Origin: a virus
Lineage: Duplodnaviria > Caudoviricetes
Direction: 5' to 3' (one strand)
Virus record (IMG/VR): IMGVR_UViG_3300017912_002026
Location: 1-36,182 of that record
DNA: 36,182 nucleotides
In this document: positions 1-8,265 of the stretch, piece after piece
Position numbering within the stretch: position 1 is the first letter of the stretch
Layout: each line of letters starts with the position of its first letter
The notes under the pieces: model-generated
What the model was told of the DNA's origin: nothing
Database searches by the model: none
Seen by the model: only the letters and a program-made list of their open reading frames with translations
Program-made: the position numbers and the translations under genes

Positions 1-1218
1 AATGCTTGTACAATTTATGCTCAAACAGGTAGTACTTTAACTGGTCAAGTAGAGTTTTCTACATCTCAAGGTTGGATTACAACTAGAACAAATAGTCCTT
101 TAAAATTTGGTATAAATAACAATGTTAGAATGATGATTGGTGCAGATGCACAAGTATTAGCATCAGATGGTTCTGCTTCATCTCCTAGTTATGCGTTTAT
201 ATCAGATTCAGATACAGGTATGTACTGGGGTGGAGCAAATACTTTAGATTTCGTTACTGGTGGTTCGCAAGCGTTGAACCTAGATGCTAGTCAGAATGCT
301 ACATTATTAGGAAATTTGACTATAAGCAATACAGGTTCTAGCTCATCTATAGATATTGATGGCAATCAAGGGTCAGGTGATGATGGTAGAATATATATAA
401 AAGGTCACACTTCTAGTAATTCTAGAGCTTTTATTTATTTTAACAACGGTCAAACAAGTGGTGGTCAAAATTGGTATTTAGGTGCATTAAGAGGAAGTCA
501 AAATTTTACACTTTCGACAGTTGACGATTACAACAGTGGTACTAATGTTTTTGCTGTAGATAGTGGTCGTAGAATTGGAATTAACACTAACCCATCTTCT
601 TCATATAGAGTAAAAATATCAGGAACTGTATACAGCGACACTACTGCACAATTTGCAAGTACAATGATTGGTGGTGTTACTATAAGTAGCACTAGCTATG
701 CTATGATAGGTTCTAATTCATCAAGCAGAGGTATAGCTATATGTAGAGATGGTTCAGCTAGTTTTCCTGATTTTAGAATAAATGGAGATGGCACTTGTCG
801 AATAAACAATGAACTGACTGTAGGCTCAGGCATTATAAATGGTGGAAATTTATACTCTAGTGCATCTTCAGGCTCGCATTATTGTGGATTAAGTAATCAT
901 CGTTGGCATACTGTATATGGTGTTAACTCAAATTTTTCTTCAGACCAAACATTAAAGAAGAATATTAAAACCTCTGACTTAGGTATTGATTTTATTAACT
1001 CATTAAACCCTGTAAAGTTTAATTGGAAAAAATCATTTCAAGATGATAGTAAAAATCATTATGGATTTTTAGCTCAAGAAATAGTAAAGACAGCTTTAGC
1101 AGATAGTGTTAGTGGGGATGAAGGCGAAATGGGAATGAATTACAGTGAGCTTATTGCACCTATTGTTAAGGCTATACAAGAATTATCAGATAAAATAACT
1201 GTTTTGGAGGGTAACTAA
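1..1218 (+). CDS. Tail fibre, C-terminal part with intramolecular chaperone (peptidase S74) domain; 5'-partial, probably continues from 35307..36182
   Basis: Frame open from base 1 (NACTIYAQ...). G/S/N/T-rich beta repeats (ASSPSYAFISDSDTGMY, RIGINTNP). C-terminal S-D-x-x-L-K-K-N-I...L-N-P-V-K-F-N-W-K...GFLAQE...YSELIAPIVKAIQEL is typical of S74 chaperones. Confidence 0.88.
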   Translation, partial: NACTIYAQTGSTLTGQVEFSTSQGWITTRTNSPLKFGINNNVRMMIGADAQVLASDGSASSPSYAFISDSDTGMYWGGANTLDFVTGGSQALNLDASQNATLLGNLTISNTGSSSSIDIDGNQGSGDDGRIYIKGHTSSNSRAFIYFNNGQTSGGQNWYLGALRGSQNFTLSTVDDYNSGTNVFAVDSGRRIGINTNPSSSYRVKISGTVYSDTTAQFASTMIGGVTISSTSYAMIGSNSSSRGIAICRDGSASFPDFRINGDGTCRINNELTVGSGIINGGNLYSSASSGSHYCGLSNHRWHTVYGVNSNFSSDQTLKKNIKTSDLGIDFINSLNPVKFNWKKSFQDDSKNHYGFLAQEIVKTALADSVSGDEGEMGMNYSELIAPIVKAIQELSDKITVLEGN

Positions 1219-1256
1219 TGAAAGACTGTGATTGCTGTAACTGTGAATGTTGCTAA
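1218..1256 (+). CDS. Putative 12-aa Cys-rich micro-peptide MKDCDCCNCECC
   Basis: ATG overlaps the tail fibre stop (TAATG). GGAGG at 1206-1210 lies 7 nt upstream. Not in the ORF track. Confidence 0.35.
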   Translation: MKDCDCCNCECC

Positions 1257-1503
1257 GGTTATTAGAAGAATTAATAAGTTTTATTTTGGTATGCTTACTG
1301 GTATTTGTCTTGTTGTCATGGTCACTGCTTGTGCTGATGAATACTATTTTGGAAAAGACGTACATGAGCTTGAAGCAGAGATTTATGAAGATTTATATCA
1401 GTTGCAAAAACGCACTGACTCATTAAGATTTTTTTTAGAACCCCTAATTAACGAAAGGAAACCTCTAGATGACTCTACAAGAACGATTAGAGAGCTTGAC
1501 TAA
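1228..1503 (+). CDS. Putative lipoprotein (exact start uncertain)
   Basis: Basic N-region (RRINK), hydrophobic stretch and lipobox V-T-A-C; lies upstream of the lysis genes. Confidence 0.5.
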   Translation: MIAVTVNVAKVIRRINKFYFGMLTGICLVVMVTACADEYYFGKDVHELEAEIYEDLYQLQKRTDSLRFFLEPLINERKPLDDSTRTIRELD

Positions 1504-1636
1504 TCAGTACAAGGAAGTATCAGAGCAAGCCATGAATGCCAATACAATGAAGGTAAAGCTTGAAGGAGCTATTGAGATTACGCAGGCAATGATACAAGAA
1601 GAAGAACAAGCTAAAGAAACTAAGAAGAAAAAATAA
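1469..1636 (+). CDS. Small coiled-coil protein (55 aa, MTLQERLESLTNQY...KKKK)
   Basis: Translated by hand. AAAGGA upstream; stop overlaps the next ATG (TAATG). Confidence 0.7.
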   Translation: MTLQERLESLTNQYKEVSEQAMNANTMKVKLEGAIEITQAMIQEEEQAKETKKKK

Positions 1637-1875
1637 TGTCTCGCTCTACTCTCGACATTCCGCCAGTTCCTAAAAATTTAACAGAGTATCGATCTCGAAT
1701 ATGGACTGAGGTTCATATGTTAAGATCTGATTTTCATACAGTTGAAATACTAGAAGCTGAAGTTGGAGAGCTAAGAGAAGAGGTTCAGTCAGCAAAAACA
1801 TGGGCTAAGTCATTTGGGGTTTTCCTTAGCCTGTGTCTTGCTGTATTAGAAACTATTAGGAGACTCTTTCCCTAG
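1636..1875 (+). CDS. Coiled-coil protein with C-terminal TM helix (lysis-region membrane protein)
   Basis: C-terminal hydrophobic FGVFLSLCLAVL; coupled to the upstream stop. Confidence 0.6.
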   Translation: MSRSTLDIPPVPKNLTEYRSRIWTEVHMLRSDFHTVEILEAEVGELREEVQSAKTWAKSFGVFLSLCLAVLETIRRLFP

Positions 1876-1906
1876 TTTAAACGTGTATAAAATAAGAGAT
1901 TAATCA

Positions 1907-2023
1907 ATGTCATACGATATGAAAAAGAAAGGCTATTCATTACACCTTCCTGAGGACAAAAAGAAAATGAGGAAGATGATGTCTGAACAGCTTAAAAAGT
2001 ATAAAAAGAAAAAGAAAAAGTAA
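1907..2023 (+). CDS. Small Lys-rich peptide (38 aa, MSYDMKKKG...KKKKKK)
   Basis: Translated by hand; fills the gap before 2027, with AAGAG upstream. Confidence 0.5.
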   Translation: MSYDMKKKGYSLHLPEDKKKMRKMMSEQLKKYKKKKKK

Positions 2024-2026
2024 TAA

Positions 2027-2329
2027 ATGCTAGAAGCTTATCTTCAGGCAGGTGCTGTTGGACTTGTCTGTGTGCTTTTTGGATACATGATTTTAAACCT
2101 CATGCAGTCTCAAAAATCACAGAATGAAGATTTAGATGAGATACGACAAGCCAATGCTAAGCTAGAAACTAAGATGAGCAACGTTGAAGGAATCGTACTT
2201 AAAATGCTAGACCGTTGGAATAAGTCTGACGAAACTAGCCAGCGCCATAGAGAAGCGATCGTATCGGAGCTTAACGACGTGACTGATGATCTATCATACA
2301 TTAAAGGAAGGATGAACGGTAAAGGATAA
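2027..2329 (+). CDS. N-terminal TM plus coiled-coil protein (holin- or spanin-like)
   Basis: GAVGLVCVLFGYMIL TM followed by heptad repeats; in the lysis cassette. Confidence 0.6.
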   Translation: MLEAYLQAGAVGLVCVLFGYMILNLMQSQKSQNEDLDEIRQANAKLETKMSNVEGIVLKMLDRWNKSDETSQRHREAIVSELNDVTDDLSYIKGRMNGKG

Positions 2330-2505
2330 TGGATTATATTATAGAAAATTGGGCTACCATACTATCTGCAATCACAAGCATAGTAGGTGGTTTCAGTATT
2401 ATAGCGACAATGACTCCAAATGAAGCTGATAATATGCTAGTTGATAAATTGATGAAGGCAATTAATTTTCTTGGAGCAAACTTAGGAAAGGCAAAAAATG
2501 CTTAA
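2329..2505 (+). CDS. Putative holin (58 aa, MDYIIENWATILSAITSIVGGFSIIATMTPNEADN...)
   Basis: Translated by hand; TAATG coupling; TM helix then TPxxxD amphipathic helix as in small phage holin-like proteins; near the endolysin. Confidence 0.6.
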   Translation: MDYIIENWATILSAITSIVGGFSIIATMTPNEADNMLVDKLMKAINFLGANLGKAKNA

Positions 2506-2659
2506 AAGATTAATAGGTAGAATGGTTAAAAAGCATGGCATGAAGGGTTTGCTTTTTATGATTGGAGACTGGGCAGTCAAACAATCTAAAGGCAAAGACG
2601 ATGATAGAATATGGCATGACGAAGTAAAACCTTTTATTGAAGAACACTTTGATGGCTAA
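2498..2659 (+). CDS. Hypothetical protein (53 aa, MLKRLIGRMVKKHG...EEHFDG)
   Basis: Translated by hand; overlaps both neighbours by 8 nt; GGAAAGG upstream. Confidence 0.55.
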   Translation: MLKRLIGRMVKKHGMKGLLFMIGDWAVKQSKGKDDDRIWHDEVKPFIEEHFDG

Positions 2660-3053
2660 GTTAGGCACTACATCATTAGCGCGTTTAAACGGTGTAGACC
2701 CACGATTAGTCGCCTTATGTCACGCAGTGGTCAAAGACTATGACATTACTGTAATTGAAGGATTAAGATCGCAGGAACGACAAAAGGAATTGTTTGACAA
2801 AGGCAGAACTAAAACAATGAACAGCAAACACTTGACTGGTAGGGCAGTAGATATTGCACCGTATCCAGTTGATTGGGAGAACTTAGCTAGGTTTGATTAT
2901 TTAGCAGGGGCAATGTTCAGTTATGCCAGCATGATGGGAATTAAGCTAAGGTGGGGTGGAGATTGGGATGGCAATAAAGAGTTTGGGATCAAAGGTGAAA
3001 CAAAAGGAACAGAAACCTTTAAAGACCTTGTACATTTTGAAATTTTAAACTAA
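2652..3053 (+). CDS. Endolysin, M15 family L-alanyl-D-glutamate peptidase
   Basis: EGLRSxERQ, SKHLTGRAVD, RWGGDW and DLVHFE Zn-binding motifs. ATG at 2652 preferred over TTG at 2637. Confidence 0.92.
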   Translation: MAKLGTTSLARLNGVDPRLVALCHAVVKDYDITVIEGLRSQERQKELFDKGRTKTMNSKHLTGRAVDIAPYPVDWENLARFDYLAGAMFSYASMMGIKLRWGGDWDGNKEFGIKGETKGTETFKDLVHFEILN

Positions 3054-3138
3054 ATTTTTGTACTTACTATTGACATAATATTGTATTTTACTATCTCACT
3101 TGTTAGAAAAATCTTTTATTTATGTCTCTATGTGTTTT

Positions 3139-3167
3139 AGCCCTCTGAGAAATCAGGGGGCTTTGTG
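3139..3167 (+). terminator. Intrinsic terminator after the lysis cassette
   Basis: AGCCCTCTGA-GAAA-TCAGGGGGCT hairpin followed by TTGTGTT. Confidence 0.7.
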
Positions 3168-3169
3168 TT

Positions 3170-3320
3170 ACTAAAAGTGCATAAACATTATGAACCATAT
3201 CTGCCACAGGATATAACCAACGGTTGTTCTCATTGGTGCCCTTAAATTTAATTTGTGTTTATGCGTTCTCAAAGGTTTGTATGTTATGTTAACAGATTGT
3301 TTATTAATAAACATAATTAA
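3170..3320. other. Candidate attP region
   Basis: Non-coding, directly downstream of the integrase. Inverted GCATAAACA/TGTTTATGC (3179-3187, 3256-3264) flank a central AACC-AAC-GGTT; perfect 16-bp palindrome TGTTTATTAATAAACA at 3298-3313. Confidence 0.4.
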
Positions 3321-4313
3321 TCACGCTCTTGCTAACTCCTTATTAATTACATTCTCAACTTGAGACATATCTATATGCGCATACCTTGCAACCTCAGTTT
3401 CAGTAGCGGTTATCTCGCCTACGCTCTTACGATCAAAGCCACCCTTAACTAACAAGGTAAACAATGTATGTCTAATAGAATGCAAGTCTACTCTTGGCGC
3501 GTTCTCTTTTTGATAGTCAGGGAATTCTCGTAAAACAATCTCTCTGAATCTTTTTACGCTAGTTTCTTGCATACCTTTTGATGGCATACAATTGTATATC
3601 TTATTGCCTAATTCTTTAAGCGCGTCAGTATAAGGTATTTTACGATAGGTCTTGCTTTTTTCCTGATACAAACCTGTCTTGACATGAGAGGGCTCTAAAT
3701 TGCCAGCTTGATTAGTTCTTAATCCAGTGTGTAGCATAACTGTCCACAGTGTAGCATCTTTCTCAGTAGGGGCAAGGTCGATCGCTCGTTGTACAACTCC
3801 TATAGGTAGGTCTTGTCTTGGTTTTGTGGCTCTTGTAGAAGGCATGTAGTTCTTAATAGCAAAAGGATTGTCTTCAATCATCTTTGTATTTACTGCCCAC
3901 TGAAACATTCTTTTAATTTCTGTCAAATGATTGTGCGCAGTTTTTGTTGTATACTTTTTTTCTCCTAGCAAATACTCTCTATACTGACAAGCATTTTCAT
4001 AAGAAAAACAACTAATATCCAAAGTGCCAAAAATCTGTTTAAACAACTTAAGTTTAGAGGTGTAGTACACTGGTCTTTTTTTGTTCTTTAGTTCTGCACT
4101 ATAAAACTTGCTGTAGACCTCATCTATTGTATACTCTTTTACAATCCTAGTTGCTTCTAGTCTTGATATGAGACCAGCTTTATATCTTTGAAGCCTTAAA
4201 ACAAATTCATTTTCAAGCTGTGTAGCAATTTTACAATCTTTAGTGCCTAACGATCTGCGCGGTGTTATAGAATCTTTATAATACCAGTATCCATTTTTAT
4301 GTTTAAACTTCAT
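3321..4313 (-). CDS. int: Tyrosine recombinase / phage integrase
   Basis: N-terminal arm-binding-like GYWYY...RRSLGTKD, core-binding helices, HTGLR, HSIRH and RY motifs. Start set at MKFKH (4313) because AAAAGGAG precedes it. Confidence 0.9.
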   Translation of the reverse strand: MKFKHKNGYWYYKDSITPRRSLGTKDCKIATQLENEFVLRLQRYKAGLISRLEATRIVKEYTIDEVYSKFYSAELKNKKRPVYYTSKLKLFKQIFGTLDISCFSYENACQYREYLLGEKKYTTKTAHNHLTEIKRMFQWAVNTKMIEDNPFAIKNYMPSTRATKPRQDLPIGVVQRAIDLAPTEKDATLWTVMLHTGLRTNQAGNLEPSHVKTGLYQEKSKTYRKIPYTDALKELGNKIYNCMPSKGMQETSVKRFREIVLREFPDYQKENAPRVDLHSIRHTLFTLLVKGGFDRKSVGEITATETEVARYAHIDMSQVENVINKELARA

Positions 4314-4345
4314 ATGACTCTCCTTTTTAGTATAAAATTTATTAC

Positions 4346-4374
4346 TTGCGTAATATTTGTAAGTGTGATAAGTT
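4346..4374 (+). promoter_or_regulatory. Sigma70-type promoter for the xis/replication operon
   Basis: TTGCGT-17 nt-TAAGTT with an extended -10 TG. Confidence 0.5.
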
Positions 4375-4413
4375 CTTTTGAACATATCAAAGGTATTCAA
4401 CGGTGTTAATGTA

Positions 4414-4614
4414 ATGCGGAAAGACAATAACTCACAAGTGATATTTTATAAGGTCAATGAAGTAGCTAAAATGCTACAGACAACCCCTAAGACGGTACGA
4501 TCGTATATACATTTAAATAAGCTGGATGCCCATCAATTACCAAATAACGGTGGGTACAGAATACATGAAAGTGATCTTAATCGTTTTATTAGTGGGTTGA
4601 AGATTGCCAAATAA
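4414..4614 (+). CDS. xis: Excisionase-like HTH (MerR/HTH_17) DNA-binding protein
   Basis: YKVNEVAKMLQTTPKTVRSYIHLNKLDA...YRIHESDL pattern; divergent from the integrase. Confidence 0.8.
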   Translation: MRKDNNSQVIFYKVNEVAKMLQTTPKTVRSYIHLNKLDAHQLPNNGGYRIHESDLNRFISGLKIAK

Positions 4615-5413
4615 TTATTTAACCAATTACTTTCCTAACACAACTCGTCAGACAACCCCTTTGGGTCGTGCGTATAAAGACTCAAACGACGAGTCAGAGA
4701 ATCCTTTCCTTGCTTTATCTGTCACTACTATCCTCGGTCTCGTGCTCAGTAAAGGAGCATTTTTTGAGAAGTGGCTGAAGTCTACTGGAAGGCATGCTGA
4801 TGTTGTTAGGGATTATAAAGCTCATCTTGGTACAGTTGTTCATGTATTGTGTGAAGACTTGCTTAACCTCAGTGAGGTATCTCTCTCCACCATATCTGAG
4901 CGTATTCAACGATTCGTAACTGAGCAAGACTTGAACGAGGGCGGTGGCTATGACGCTGTCCAGTATACTGTTCAACTGTATCTTGAGAGCTTTATGGCTT
5001 TTTATGATGAAAATGAATTAGAACTATTTGAAGCAGAGCTACAAATGTTTAGCCCTGATGTGCCTTATGCAGGTACGGCAGATATAATAGGTCGTTTAAA
5101 CGGAAAAACTGCAATCATTGATATTAAGACTGGTATGGAGTCATCACAGCATGATTTACAATTGGTTGCTTACGGTGCATTGCACAATTATTTATTTCCT
5201 AAAAATAAGATACAAGAATTATACGTCCTTTACATAAAGAGCGGTTATAAAAGAAAGCCAACTTACAAACTATCTAAGGTTAGTTGGGATAGGTTGGCAG
5301 ACTGGAAAAGAATATTAAGGTACAGCTTAAGTCAGTATGGCAAGAAGGGAAAGTGGATTTTCCCTAAAAGATTTGAGCCTAGAGAAAATTTTACACTGAA
5401 AGGAGCTAAATAA
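4604..5413 (+). CDS. PD-(D/E)XK exonuclease (phage recombination nuclease)
   Basis: SVTTIL, GTVVH, YAGTADIIG...IIDIKTG and QLVAYG motifs. Confidence 0.85.
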   Translation: MPNNYLTNYFPNTTRQTTPLGRAYKDSNDESENPFLALSVTTILGLVLSKGAFFEKWLKSTGRHADVVRDYKAHLGTVVHVLCEDLLNLSEVSLSTISERIQRFVTEQDLNEGGGYDAVQYTVQLYLESFMAFYDENELELFEAELQMFSPDVPYAGTADIIGRLNGKTAIIDIKTGMESSQHDLQLVAYGALHNYLFPKNKIQELYVLYIKSGYKRKPTYKLSKVSWDRLADWKRILRYSLSQYGKKGKWIFPKRFEPRENFTLKGAK

Positions 5414-5646
5414 TGGCTTATGAAATAAAAGAAAAGGGTGGGTCAATGTTTCCTAATGACAAAAAAGGGAACGACAAAGCGCCTGACATGACTGGTAATG
5501 TCAAGATTGATGGTAAGATATGGAATGTGGCTGGATGGAAAACCAAGTCTAAGCAGGGAAAGGCTTACATGAGTTTAAAAGTAAGTGAGCCCCAAGATAG
5601 TAACGGCAGTCAAGCACAAACAAGCGACGACGATTTACCGTTTTGA
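5413..5646 (+). CDS. Small single-stranded DNA-binding protein (DUF736-like)
   Basis: K-x-x-DKAPDMTG...VAGW...GKAYMSL plus an acidic DDDLPF SSB-type tail; AAGGAG RBS. Confidence 0.75.
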   Translation: MAYEIKEKGGSMFPNDKKGNDKAPDMTGNVKIDGKIWNVAGWKTKSKQGKAYMSLKVSEPQDSNGSQAQTSDDDLPF

Positions 5647-5840
5647 CCTACACTAAATTATGCGAGATGGCTGAATCGATGGATACTGAAAACCAAATTG
5701 CTTTATTTAAACAATATCGTGATAAGGACTGTACTGCCTGTCGTGAAGGTCACTCGTATGATTTTGAAACTGGATACATTGAACCATGTTGGTGCCTACA
5801 AGTGGACTATGAAGAAGACTTGGGGTCAGGACATAACTAA
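5643..5840 (+). CDS. Small Zn-finger-like protein
   Basis: CTAC...CWC; TTGA overlap with the upstream stop. Confidence 0.55.
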   Translation: MTYTKLCEMAESMDTENQIALFKQYRDKDCTACREGHSYDFETGYIEPCWCLQVDYEEDLGSGHN

Positions 5841-6019
5841 AATAGTATTGATATATTGAAGTTTAATTTCACACTTAACTTAAATCAAACAGTTTTGATC
5901 CCATTAGAAACTAGGTGTGTACCTATCTCCTTGATTTGGTTATATCTATATGGAGTTGCAACACCTATAACAGGGGGCAGGCATGCATGTAAACGCCCTC
6001 CTAGCCCCCTTTAAATTTT

Positions 6020-6496
6020 ATGAAAGTTAAATTAAAATTCTCAGAGTGTTTAAACGGTACAATGGTTGGAGCTCTCCGATACTACGAATCTTTATTTAAG
6101 GGTCGTACGACATCTTTCCCACGCTCATATATTGAGCAAGGACTATTGCATCATCAGCAGGGAGCTTTAGCAGAGCTTGCTTATTCTAAATTAAGTGATA
6201 GGTACTGGTCACAGCACGTCAATCGATTCCATGATGATGACCTCAGGGGAGTAGAGGTACGCTACAGCAACCGCAAAGATACAAAGGTACGCCCTGATGA
6301 TAATAACATATGGATAGTATCGATGGGAGGGGAGCTACCAGTATACGAATACAAGGGGTGCATATACAGTGAGGATGCTAAGCGCCCTGAATGGGAAAAA
6401 GATTTTGGGAACTGGGGCAAGCCAGCTTTCTTTGTGCCGAATGAACACTTGACTACCGACCTTCCACCTACCTACACAGAAGAGCCATTGCCATGA
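6020..6496 (+). CDS. Hypothetical protein, possible PD-(D/E)XK-fold nuclease
   Basis: GALAELA...DD...VEVRYS resembles the E...D...ExK motif. Confidence 0.5.
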   Translation: MKVKLKFSECLNGTMVGALRYYESLFKGRTTSFPRSYIEQGLLHHQQGALAELAYSKLSDRYWSQHVNRFHDDDLRGVEVRYSNRKDTKVRPDDNNIWIVSMGGELPVYEYKGCIYSEDAKRPEWEKDFGNWGKPAFFVPNEHLTTDLPPTYTEEPLP

Positions 6497-7155
6497 TACC
6501 TGAAGTCTTCAAAGGGGTATGGATACCTAAAGCAGTATTTGTTTTGGATGACCTAACCTTACATCAGAAGATCGTCTTAAGCATGATACTTAGTTTAACC
6601 AGCGACAAGCCTTGTTTCGCTACTAATCATTACATAGGAGAGATACTTGGTATACATCCTAATCGTGTTAGTGTCCATTTAAATAACCTTAAAAAACTTA
6701 AGTATCTAAGAATAGATATAAATCGTGATGACGATACCAAGCAAATCTTGAAACGATTAATTACCCCTACCCCCTATTTGCGTAATCGGTTAGAGGGTCT
6801 CAACGAAACCGTTAATACCCCTATCAACGAAACCGCTAAAGGAATAACAAAGAGAGATAATAAAGAAGATAATAAACATATACATGTTGACAAGAAACGA
6901 TTAGAACAATTTGAAAAGTTTTGGAATACCATCCCCCCAATCAGGAGAATCAATAAAGCTTTAACTAAAAAACATTGGCAACAGGCTACACATAAGGAAA
7001 GCGTTGATACTATACAAAAAGCTATGGAGCTTTTCGTCGAACGTGTTGAACCTCAATATATAAAGACTAGCTACAACTGGCTAAAGCAGGAATACTGGAA
7101 TTCAGTTCCTGATGAACAACCGAAAGTGAGAAAAGGTTTTGAGTTTGTCAAGTAA
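6493..7155 (+). CDS. Phage replication initiator (N-terminal winged HTH, lambda O-like organisation)
   Basis: FKGVWIP, CFATNHYIGEILG...VSVHLNNLKKLKYL HTH; internal iterons; C-terminal FEKFW...YIKT..NWL domain. Confidence 0.82.
   Translation: MIPEVFKGVWIPKAVFVLDDLTLHQKIVLSMILSLTSDKPCFATNHYIGEILGIHPNRVSVHLNNLKKLKYLRIDINRDDDTKQILKRLITPTPYLRNRLEGLNETVNTPINETAKGITKRDNKEDNKHIHVDKKRLEQFEKFWNTIPPIRRINKALTKKHWQQATHKESVDTIQKAMELFVERVEPQYIKTSYNWLKQEYWNSVPDEQPKVRKGFEFVK
6771..6840 (+). repeat. Iterons, probable replication origin
   Basis: TCAACGAAACCG at 6800 and 6824 (24-bp period), CCCCTAT repeated, and a degenerate upstream copy, all in the initiator linker. Confidence 0.65.
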
Positions 7156-7756
7156 TGAAGAGTTACTGACTACGATGTTTGCTGTGCATGGCAAGAGACC
7201 AATGGATGCACAGTTCAATGAGTACCTGAAGATATTTGATAAGCTGGGATTTGAAAAGGCGGAAAGACTGTTTAAACATGTTAGGGATGAAGAAGACAGG
7301 TTCCCAACTATCAAGCAGTTATGGGGTATCATAAATAGTATGGGTCTGATCGAGAGAAAGCAAGAACAGTTAGAGTCTTATGATGACTGCTATTATTGTG
7401 GTGGGGTAGGGTATGTACCTAGAATGTTTAGCCCTAGACGTGACAAGACATTGATTAGTTATGTGACAAGAGTGTACGCCTGTCAGTGTAAAGCTGGTAT
7501 GAGCCTACCTAAAACATTGCCAAGATATTTTGCTGTATTTGATGCAGTTCAATTTGAACCTATGGATGGTCTGAATTACCCTCAGTTGGTTACTAGGAAA
7601 CAGATTGAACTTAATAACAAGTTACATGAGGAGAAAAATAATGGCGGAGATAACGAAACAAGAAGTAGAGAGCATACAAAAAAACTGGGAGCTCAAGAAC
7701 TTAGAGCAACATTTGAGAGAATTACAGGAACGAATATTGCGGATGAAAATAGATAA
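7139..7756 (+). CDS. Putative replication accessory / helicase-loader-like protein with Zn finger
   Basis: Follows the initiator; RFPTIKQL motif; CYYCGGVG...CQC. Confidence 0.55.
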   Translation: MSLSSNEELLTTMFAVHGKRPMDAQFNEYLKIFDKLGFEKAERLFKHVRDEEDRFPTIKQLWGIINSMGLIERKQEQLESYDDCYYCGGVGYVPRMFSPRRDKTLISYVTRVYACQCKAGMSLPKTLPRYFAVFDAVQFEPMDGLNYPQLVTRKQIELNNKLHEEKNNGGDNETRSREHTKKLGAQELRATFERITGTNIADENR

Positions 7757-7835
7757 TAAGAACATCGTTGCTATACAAAAACTTCAACAACAAGTTGATA
7801 AAACAGTGAGAGAGATTGAAGTCATGCGTGGCTAA
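7641..7835 (+). CDS. Small coiled-coil protein
   Basis: ATG at 7641 (MAEITKQ) with GAGGAG upstream. Confidence 0.5.
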   Translation: MAEITKQEVESIQKNWELKNLEQHLRELQERILRMKIDNKNIVAIQKLQQQVDKTVREIEVMRG

Positions 7836-8265
7836 GAACTACAAAAGTTTTTACAGTGGCTTTCCACAGAAGATTAAACGTGGATGGACTGACCAAATAT
7901 TTAGTGAGTACATACGCGATAGGGCAGGGTGGAGGTGCCAAAATAAGAGATGCGGAAAAAGGTTTGATAAAAATAATGGTAAAGAAAAAAGAAAATTACA
8001 TTGTTGTCATCTAGGATATGGAAGAGCTCATATACAAACTAGATGGAATGAATTTAATTGCCTTGCTCTTTGTAATGGCTGTCATTTACGAGTGGATCAG
8101 CACCCATTACGAGCCCTAAAGATACTGCATGAGAATTTTACCTTAGAGCAAGTGCTTTATGTTAGAGACCAGTACAAAGTGGACATAGGCATGAAACAAA
8201 AAGAATTTGAATTGATTGAGCGAGAAAGAATTAAGAAACTAATAAAAGAGCTTAATAATGAATGA
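7828..8265 (+). CDS. ninG: NinG/Rap-like HNH-type endonuclease
   Basis: DQIFSEYIRDR...C..C...LHCCH...TRWNEFNCLALCNGCH. Confidence 0.8.
   Translation: MAKNYKSFYSGFPQKIKRGWTDQIFSEYIRDRAGWRCQNKRCGKRFDKNNGKEKRKLHCCHLGYGRAHIQTRWNEFNCLALCNGCHLRVDQHPLRALKILHENFTLEQVLYVRDQYKVDIGMKQKEFELIERERIKKLIKELNNE

Noticed and set aside
3234-3241. Minus-strand GGGCACCA resembling a tRNA 3' end as att core
   Set aside because: Only 8 bp with no preceding T-arm; indistinguishable from chance.
4314-4427. Longer integrase N-terminus given in the ORF track
   Set aside because: Overlaps the divergent promoter and xis; a strong SD supports the ATG at 4313.
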